Source: Octopus vulgaris
Lineage: Eukaryota
NCBI GenBank assembly: GCA_951406725.2
Contig: OX597816.1
Location: forward strand, 68,386,001 to 68,450,000
Length of the DNA stretch: 64,000 nt
Direction: 5' to 3'
Each line of letters opens with the position of its first letter. Position 1 is the first letter of the stretch. The position numbers and the translations under genes were made by a program. This document shows positions 53,156-64,000 of the stretch, piece after piece. The notes under the pieces were generated by a model that saw nothing but the letters and a program-made list of their open reading frames with translations, was not told the origin of the DNA and did no database searches.

Positions 53156-53735
53156 ATGCTGGAACTTTGAAAACTCTAAAGTACGTTCTGTGCGAATAAA
53201 AATGATATCTGTATTGCATTCTCTATGATACTTATCTAAGACGTATAACAATTGATTTTGTTGAAACGGTTTGTCTTATGGAGGAATGAACATAGCAAAA
53301 CACCTTTTAAATTCATGATCATCAGCTTGACTACAATATATTTCAAGTGGATGTAATGACTAACATACACACGATTTCTTGATATCCATGTTAAGTATTA
53401 TCACTGAAAGGGAACATTAAAAACAGGTCGAAACTAAATGTGTGTGTGTGTGTGGGGGGAACTATCCAGTTGCCTGAGCTACTAGAAATAGTAGTCTAAT
53501 ATGCCTCAAGTGCCACTCTGTCATTTGCAGACTAAAATGCGAAGATGCGGTTTTTATATGTCGTCTTGAAAACAAAGATGAGATAAAACTTTCAAGGCTG
53601 AACAGGCGTTCAACAACAACAACAATAACAAGGAAGATAACTAAGCATTTCGACTCTTTCTGTCTCTCACTCTCTCTGTCTGTCGTTCTCCTTCTCGTTT
53701 TCTTTCTCTCTCTCTTTCTTTTCCAACGTTTCTTG

Positions 53736-54146
53736 TTTTTTTTATTGCCCACAGGGGGCTAAACATAGAGGGGACAAACAAGGAAAGAAAAACGGATTTA
53801 GTCGTTTACATCGACCCCAGTGTGTTACTGGTACTTAATTTATCGACCCCGAAAGGATGATAGGCAAAGTCGAACTCAGTGGAATTTGAACTCAGAACGT
53901 AGCGGCAGAGGAAATACTTATTTCTTTACTACCCACAAGGGGCTACACACAGAGGGGACAAGCAAAGACAGACAAACGGATTAAGTCGATTACATCGACC
54001 CCAGTGCGTAGCTGGTACTTAATTTATCGACCCCGAAAGGATGAAAGGCAAAGTCGACCTCGGCGGAATTTGAACTCGGAACGTAACGGCAGACGAAATA
54101 CCGTTAAGCATTTCGCCCGGCGTGCTAACGTTTCTGCCAGCTCGCC
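53736..54146 (-). mobile_element. SINE A dimer (tail 1 + tail 1)
   Basis: Two cores; junction gaaatacttatttctttact. Confidence 0.9.
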
Positions 54147-54582
54147 TCTCCCTCTCTTTCTATCGGACGAAAGCTTCAAGCTTCTATTTTTTTCGTACCT
54201 CGTGGCAAAATTCTATATTACACTTCATGTAAACCGTTTTAATATACTATGTTGCTGAGAAACGCATCTTCATTGGTTGTCTCAGATTACGGATGCATAC
54301 ATACAAACATACATACATACATACATACATACATACATACATACATACATACATACATACATACATGCATATCTACGTACAGGAACATATATAGTAGTTG
54401 TGGTAGTAGTAGGGTCTGCTACTACTACACCTATGCATACGTATACCGATGTATATGTAACACTATGTACAAATGTATGTGTATGGATAAAGACTTACAT
54501 ATTTACATATGCATTCTTCTATACGGTTATATGTATACATACATATATACATGTATATATGTATATATATGTGTGTGTGTGA

Positions 54583-54634
<52 letters not shown>

Positions 54635-54643
54635 GCATACACA

Positions 54644-54712
<69 letters not shown>

Positions 54713-55264
54713 ATCTATGTATATATATATATGACTACATATATGTAGGTGTATGTATAAAAAAGACACATAAAACTCTTGAATTGCCAACCTTTGTTGT
54801 TCAAACAATCGATAGATATTCAGTTGAAAAAATTTAAGCGAAGGCAAATAAAACTAAGCGCGTGAGTTGGAAGAAAAAAGGAAGAGACAGAGAGTGTGTG
54901 AGATAGATAAATAGAGATAGATTGACAGAGAGATGGATAGATAGAAAGTGAGAGAGATAAAGGGAGAGATATAGAGATACAGATAAATGTATATATATAT
55001 ATATATATAAATATATATGGAGAGAGAGAGAGAGTAGATAGAAAATGATGTGAAGGACAATATAAGTTTGAAAGAATTTGACTGAAGGGAGAAAAGACTG
55101 GTGTTAAGTTTAAATTAGAGGCAGAGAGAGAGAGAAAGGGAGGGGGAGAAATTAAGAAGGAAGAAATGAGAGTAAGAAGCAACAGTAATAACAGATTCAT
55201 AGAACTAGGTATGTGCGTATGTGGGTGTCTGTATGCATACATACATACATACAAACATATATAT

Positions 55265-55331
<67 letters not shown>

Positions 55332-55423
55332 CTATATATATACATATATATACATACATATAGATACATACATATATATACATATACATGCATTTATATT
55401 TATATACATGCATACATACAACG

Positions 55424-55456
<33 letters not shown>

Positions 55457-55860
55457 TATATGTGTGTATGTATATATATATGTGTGTGTGAATATATATA
55501 GATATGCATGTATATATATATATGTGTGTGTGTGTATTTATATATGTATTTATGTACCTATCAATCGGTCTCTCAATATGTGTAGGTGTATGTATATATA
55601 TATGTGTAATATATATGTATGTATAAATGAAATATATATACATATATATATGTATGTATATATATATATATATATATACATATATATACATAAATATATA
55701 CACATATATATACACATACATGCATTCACACGCATAATACATTCGTACATGTATATATATGTATGCATATATATATATTCGTGTATATATATGTACACAC
55801 ACATATGTATATATATATACACATTCACACGCATAATGCATTCATACATTCGTACATGTA

Positions 55861-55959
<99 letters not shown>

Positions 55960-56976
55960 GTTTATGAATATATACTGAGAGAAAATGAGAGGGAGAGAGA
56001 GAGAGAGAGACTGGGGGAGAGCGTAGGAGACCAAGTTTTAAGTAAAATGTCTGAAAATTGAAAACCTAATATCGTTTAAATAACAGGATATTATCTGGGA
56101 ATTTGGCATGAGATGTAATAGAGAAACATAATACAACATATAAAATATATATATATATATATAAACCACAAATCAACCGAAAACCACATAGTACTGGAAC
56201 ATACACCAACAACATTAACGACTGAAGGTTGCTAATACATCGTACAGTCTGTACTAAGTGATTTCCAAGTGAATTGACCAACAGTTGTATCTCCGGAGTT
56301 GTTATGGCAACGTTAATTTAATTCAGACTATTTCACTCTACAACTTTACTTTCATGGTTTTTGTGTCTTTTCTAGTTTTGCTAATTTTGTTTTGTTTATG
56401 TTGATGATATTTAGAATTCTATTATATATATATATTTTTTTTTAAATATTGATTTTTTTTTAGCGCAATCATAATGATATTAAACGAAAAGGGCGATAAG
56501 AAGAGAAGTTAAAGTCACAGGGACATACAGACACACATGGATAAAAACCTATACGAAATAGAAAGAGGAGGGAGAGAGGGAGAGATTAATGAGAGGTAGG
56601 TGGCATAGGTAAGATAGGAGGGGAGAGGGGTGAGGGATGGAGAGGAATGGGGGGGATAGATATGTGGGAGGCAAGTAATATAGAAAAGGGGTTGAGAGAA
56701 CGAGAGCGAGAATAAGAGAGAGGAAATGAAAACGAGAGAATAAAAGTGAGAGAATGAGAGAATGAAACATAGAGAGAGAGGCAGAGAGAGAGAGAGAGAG
56801 AGAGAGAGTGAGAGGTGGTGTGAGAAGTAGATAGAACGAGGAAAAGTGAATATCAATTAGATATCTAAAACCAATATGAATGAAATTAAAAAGAAAAAGG
56901 AAGAAAACATAAGATCAGACAATTTTACAAGTACAACAACCACCTTCTCCATCTCCTCCTGACCATAATAATCACA

Positions 56977-56977
56977 A

Positions 56978-57036
<59 letters not shown>

Positions 57037-57048
57037 CCACCACCACCA

Positions 57049-57084
<36 letters not shown>

Positions 57085-57131
57085 ACATCATCATCATCTT
57101 CATCATCATCATCATCACCATCATCATCATA
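56977..57131. repeat. (CAT)n/(CAC)n trinucleotide array
   Basis: Directly visible. Confidence 0.95.
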
Positions 57132-57620
57132 CATTTCAGTAGAAATAATAACGATTATTTTTCTATAATTCTCACAAGCCCCTAATCTTATAGTACAAGA
57201 CGTTTCATACAGCAGTTATATATAAAACACATAGTGATGCGCTAAAAGGGTAAACGGGGTGGGGTGTTAGATTAATGATGTTGTACATGAAAACCAAACG
57301 AAGAAAAACGGAAAGGGGATATATTTAGTAAACAAATAAAGATACATCTGTCCACATATACCTAGGAGTAACAAGATTCCGTCTAGGAAACCTCGTGGTA
57401 GCAAACGAATCGTTCTTTTATGGTTGTAGCTAATTTGTAACCAAATTCAGATTTGAATATGTTCGAAGTTGTTCGAAGTACAAAACCTTCCCCGTACGTG
57501 ACGAAGTGCCGCGGGAAAATTTGATAAACTGTTGAAATGGCCTTCACGAGCTATTTATGCGTGTTAATGTGTTACATCAGGTTTGTACACATTGAACAGA
57601 CCAAGGATCAACCTATTCAA

Positions 57621-58535
57621 AGGCTTGGCTGTGCAGTAAGAAGACTGCTGCCCAACCACAAGGTTCTGGGTTCAGTCCCAATAAATGGCACTTCGGTAAG
57701 TGTCTTCTACTATAGCCTAGGGCCGACTGAAATAAGCCAATCGTATGTGTGCATGTATGTATGTATGTATGGATGTATGTATGTATGTATGTATGTATGT
57801 ATGTATGTATGTATGTATGTATGTATGTATGTATTATGTATGTATGTATGCATGTATGTATATACGTATGTATGTATGTATATATGCATGCATGCATGTT
57901 TGTATGTATGCATGTATGTATGCATATATGTATGTATGTATGTATGTATGCACTCATGCATGTATGTATATGCATGCATGTATGTATGTATGTATGAATG
58001 CATACATGCATGTATGTATAAATGCATGCATGTATGTATGCATGTATGTATATATGCATGCATGTATGAATTATGTATGAATGTATGAATGTATGTATGA
58101 ATGTATGCATGTATGTATGCATGTATGTATGCATATATGTATGTATGTATATACGCATGCATGTATGAATGTATGTATGAATGTATGCATGTATGCATGT
58201 ATGCATGTATGTATATATTTATCTATCTGACAGTCACCTACATCTCTGTTTGTCTGCCTGCCTCTCCCACCTTCTCTCTATCTATCTTTCTATCTATTTG
58301 TGTGTGTGTATGTATGTGTGTGTGCGTGTGTCTTCGTGTCTATGTTTATGTCCTTCTCACCGCTTGACAATCGGTGTTTGTTTGTTTACCGCTCCGTAAC
58401 TTAATGGTTCTGCAAAAGAGACCATATAGAACAAGTACCAGGCTTTAAAGAAACAGTATTGGATTTGATTGATTCGACTAAAAATACTTGAAGGCGGTGC
58501 CCCAGCATAGCCGCAGTCCGATGAGAGATACAAAG
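57621..58535 (+). mobile_element. SINE B with ~600-bp expanded internal microsatellite
   Basis: Head 57621-57742; (TATG/CATG)n; tail ccgcttgacaatcggtg...gaaggcggtgccccagcatagccgcagtc. Confidence 0.8.
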
Positions 58536-58777
58536 AAAAGATCCTATTTTATTCGATTCCATCCCCATCCATCCTACTCTTGTGTGTGTCGGCATCTTAA
58601 TTAAAAAACTTGGCTGCTTATTTGAAGGAGACATAACAGCTCTTTCTAAATGTTCGGGTTACGTATTATCAGGCTCTAGTGTGGACGCGTTGTTGTTGCT
58701 ACTGCTGTTGCTTTTGGAAGATTTACTGTTTTCTGCTTCAGGCGCAAGATTAACCGACCAGGAATTAGTCAACAAAA

Positions 58778-58810
<33 letters not shown>

Positions 58811-59335
58811 TGTATGTATGTATGTATGTATGTATGTATGTATGTATGTATGTATGTATGCATACATGTATTATGTATGTATGTACGCATGTATGTATGT
58901 AATAAGATCAGGAATATTTAGAATGGTTCTATTGAGGAAATCAATTTTAACTTTAAGATTAATATTTTTCCGAGTCAACTTATAAAAACTCAAAAATATA
59001 TTGTTAAAATTGCGTGCATGAATATTACATTCTGAATGATTTCTTATTCACTTTCTTCGGACTGAATTCGTACAATAATACATACATACATACATACATA
59101 CATACGTACATACATACATACATACATACACACACACATACATACATACATACATACATACATACATACATACATACATACATACATACGTATATACATA
59201 CATACGTATATATGTACACACATACATGCAAATATACAAACCTCTGTATGTATGTATGTATGTATATATATACATATATATATATATGTATGTATGTATA
59301 TATATATGTATATGTATATGTATATATATATATAT

Positions 59336-59417
<82 letters not shown>

Positions 59418-59471
59418 TGATAAGTGCCAATGCACGAAACTCTCCGTTGGTTCAGATAAATATCAATACAA

Positions 59472-59574
<103 letters not shown>

Positions 59575-59914
59575 TACACATATATACGATGAGATTCCAC
59601 ACAGTTTCCGTCGTCTAAATTCGATCACAATTCATGGGTAGATCCGGATACATTGCAGAAGTCACGCTGTGAGAATGCAATCGAAATCACAGGGTTCCAA
59701 AGCAGCTCACCCCAACCTCGCAGCCATACTTATAAATATAGTCTTTTATGTGTGCATCCTTGTGTGCTTATGTTTGGGTGTGGCATGCCGAAGTGTTTGC
59801 ATGGGCTGTCATTATCATATTGCTACCTAGTCACTAGGTGTTGAAGGCTAAAAAGCAGTAGCATCGTCATGCGTGAGTCTGTCACATTGTGTTAGCAAAT
59901 AGACTTTACTATGC

Positions 59915-60510
<596 letters not shown>

Positions 60511-62326
60511 GGTAGTCGATATTGTTGCTGAAAAGTAGTTAGAGACAGCATCAAATGTAAATTGTGCCTCAGCACTAGTGTTGCACATTTTCTTCTGACG
60601 CCCCTTAAAATCTTCCTTAACCTCAATGTTAACATCAGATAATATCTAATTTGGATTTAGTAAATTTATTAATGTGTTTGCGATTTGCCAAAATCTGTTT
60701 CATGTCTGAAAGTTTACAGATATAAAAAACAAACCAAAACAACAACAATAAAAAAAAAAAGAATTAAAATTTTATATTTTCTTTTTATATAAAATTCCAT
60801 GTTTCGAACGAAAACCTGATGCACTTCTAACATTTTTGAGTGCTTTATATTTGCTTCTTTTGTATGTTGTTAAATCTATTAAAAATTCTCTGTTGTTCGA
60901 AATAGATCGAAAGAATATTGGAATTAAATTTAAATATTTTGTGGCGTGTTCTCTTCCTGAAATAACACCTTTCAAGTTAGAATTTTTATTGTATCAAAAA
61001 TGCAATACAATACTTATTCTTAAACGCTTTTAGCAGAAGCGTCACTAAAAAGGTTATTTTCAAGAAAGAAAAGATAAAATTCAAAATGAATTATAGTTCA
61101 AGCGACAATATAATAATAATAACAACAATAATAATAATTACAATAATAATAATATTAACAAAAACATCAATAATAATAATAATAATAATGATAATAATAA
61201 CCATAGCGACGCGACAACAGCAGCAGCAACAACGATAACAGCGACAACAATAAATGCTGTAAAAATAATTAATTTATTTTAGAATGGCTTAAAATTTGCA
61301 ATATTAGATTCATACGGTATTTTTGGAATTTGATAGAAAATTTGCGCTGTTGACTTTTAGTGAGAAGGAAAATCGTACTAAAAATATATTTCCTCGTAAC
61401 CCTCTCCATTTTCTGAGGGGAAAAAGCCAAAGAAAAAAAACAAAAAAACAAACAAACAAAAAAGAAAGAAACAAAAAGCAAGATGAAAATATAAGAAAAT
61501 CAAAAACCAAACGATCAAGACGTCACTGATTGCTCAATTGTTCTGAAAACGAAGCGAATAACAACAACAACAAAAATAATAAGAATAGCGAAAGAAATCC
61601 TGGGAACTGAAGATAAAAATAAATCAAATATGATAAATCTATAAGATTTTTGAAAGATTTCTCGAGTGCCATTACTTGTTTTATTCTTAGAAGTAAATAT
61701 TTCTCTGCATTGGCTCAATTGATTTAATTCAAGCTTTGGATGTGAGTTAAGGAAGAGTGAAGTGGTTGGAAGGAAATAACAAATACAAGTCCAGTCATTC
61801 TCCATTCCAAATCATTATTGCTATAAAAGCATTCGTGTTCTCTTCGTACGTCTAACTATATAATTAGAGAGGGCCAAATACGTCGAGGTATTTAGTTCGT
61901 TGTGCTATAGTGATTTCTTAAAAGAGAAATGGAATGCAAAAATATACACCAGACAATATGTTTCGTTCAATTTAGAAACATGAGACGGCAATAAATCCAG
62001 AAGAAACTACCAAGATTTTAATGTATAAATGATGTTAGCTATTACCGAAACCAATTTGAGAGAGAAAATAGATATGCACCCGTGAATATGATTTGAAGCA
62101 CGTATATAAAGTAAAGTAGACAACTAATAAATATTCATTTCTGAGATAAATGTAAGGCCTCACATTCGTCGGAGAAGGGCGTAACCTCAACACTGACACC
62201 CACGCATTTACTACTTCTGTAGTAAATACGACCGCAGAATCATAAAATTTCGGAGCTTGGGTAAATTGAATTTAGAACGTGAAGGGCAAAAAACAATGCC
62301 TCTGTGTGTGTGTATGTAAGTAGGTT

Positions 62327-62402
<76 letters not shown>

Positions 62403-62645
62403 CATATATATATATATACATACACACACATATATGTATATATATATGTGCATGTATGTAGAGTTTTTTTGAAGTGAAGTACAGATATATTGTATATCGA
62501 AAATAATAAGGTAGTCAGAATGTTGGATGATTATAATATATATTCTTATTTGCATTTTCAGCGCTTTCTTCCGTTATCGGATTTATCAAAAAAAGTAGTT
62601 TATAGTAAGTGTGCTTGGCCTTTTCAAATAGAATTGAAAGTGATG

Positions 62646-62752
<107 letters not shown>

Positions 62753-63061
62753 GAAGAGATAGAGAGAGAGAGGGAGAGGGTCAGGGAGGAACTGGAAAAG
62801 ACAGGAACAAATTAGAAAGGAAAGTGCAGGAATGAGAGAAGGGAGAGTGGGAGATAGTGAAGACAGAGAAAAGAAAGTAGGAGTGTCTTGGTGGTGGTGG
62901 TGTGTGTGTATGCGTGCGTACAGATGCACGCGCACACACACACAAACACATACACACATACATACGTATTTGTTCTTCCATTACAAGCATATTGTGATTC
63001 AATGTGATGAACATTTTTTTTTAAGTAACGCAACTACGCGTACCACCAGCAACATTATTCA

Positions 63062-63213
63062 TTTCTACTCTAAGCACAAGGCCCGAAGTTTTGGGGGAGG
63101 GGATAATCGATTAGATTGACCTCAGTACGCAACTAGTACTTAATATATATACCCAGAAAGGATGAAAGGCAAAGTTCACCTCGGTGGAATCTGAACTCAG
63201 AATGTAAACAGCC
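63062..63213 (-). mobile_element. SINE A, 5'-truncated, tail type 2
   Basis: ttctactctaagcacaaggcccga...gaaaggatgaaaggcaaagt...gaactcagaa. Confidence 0.85.
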
Positions 63214-64000
63214 AGCAACATTATTAACGTACGACATTATCTCGAAAATCTGGTTAATTTTGATCTCCTATGGCGTTAATTATTTGGTCAATATACTAGT
63301 GACGTTTTTGACAATATTTCAACCAGTATTTCCGAGTGGTATCCAACGCCACAACTTTTCATTTGAATATTTCTGTATCGATCATGTGTGTTTTTTTCTT
63401 TAAAAATTTGTAATCTTGACATTTAATAATGAATGTTGTTGAAGAACGGAAATAGTCGATAATGAAACTATTTTGAATCTGGATTATTCTTTCGATATAG
63501 TTCTATAACTAAGGTTGATGACAGCAAATCGATGGGACACGTGTTAACCGATAGTACCGAAATGCTTAATGATTGCTTTTGAATCATAAAAATAATGATA
63601 CTTAATTCACAAAAATACTCCGATATTATATAAAAAAAGAAACATTGAAAGAACCACACGTAATTATAATTATTCTCAATTTTCAATTATCACAATGTTC
63701 AATGTAAAACTGCAAGTTCTGGACTACTAACTCACTTTCCCTTGTTTTTCTGTCAGGGCAGTGTGATAAGATCTCATAATTCCACTCATTTTCATTTTAC
63801 TTTTGATATTTTATCTTTTGTTTGATAGCCTCCTACTTCGAAATTCTTTCTGAGAACGATGGGCGAAAACACCCAACTTATTACCAGAGTTTGTTTGTCT
63901 GTCTGGCTTTCTATCTCTCTGTCTCTCCCTTCTATGTATCTATTCATCTAACTAATTAACCAAATAATATGTTGGCATAAGCATGAGTGGTTCAATTTTA

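Noticed and set aside
58580-58780. Possible host exon (Ser/Asn-rich minus-strand frame)
   Set aside because: In-frame stop, no clear acceptor site, no recognisable domain.
61515-61805. 96-aa minus-strand ORF with a hydrophobic tail
   Set aside because: Hydrophobicity comes from the T-rich (GTT)n context and there is no recognisable homology; RNA evidence would be needed.

Overview
AT-rich, microsatellite-saturated eukaryotic DNA with no host exon I can support. The SINE families and the repeat density suggest an octopus (coleoid cephalopod) intron or intergenic region; this is an inference. Nearly all listed ORFs are (TA)n/(CA)n/(TATG)n/(TATC)n artefacts. Recognisable content: four tRNA-derived SINE families (>25 copies); remnants of RTE, L1/Tx1 and R4/Dong non-LTR retrotransposons; Penelope-like element (PLE) linker and GIY-YIG remnants; two deleted Tc1/mariner elements; a Helitron-like fragment; and several fold-back elements. 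The strongest hidden signal is about ten minimal type-I hammerhead-ribozyme (HHR) motifs, each with a (near-)palindromic stem III, in short non-coding elements embedded in microsatellites. They include a 360-bp partial-tandem retrozyme-like unit (5097-5607), a 503-bp-period double-HHR tandem (51971-52726), an inverted-repeat PLE-type insertion (21332-21881) and a mini-HHR family with covarying stem I and variant catalytic cores. Separately, the dominant SINE shares a 42-nt stem-loop 3' tail with an L1/Tx1-like LINE in the same window. All structures were folded by eye; none was computed or tested.
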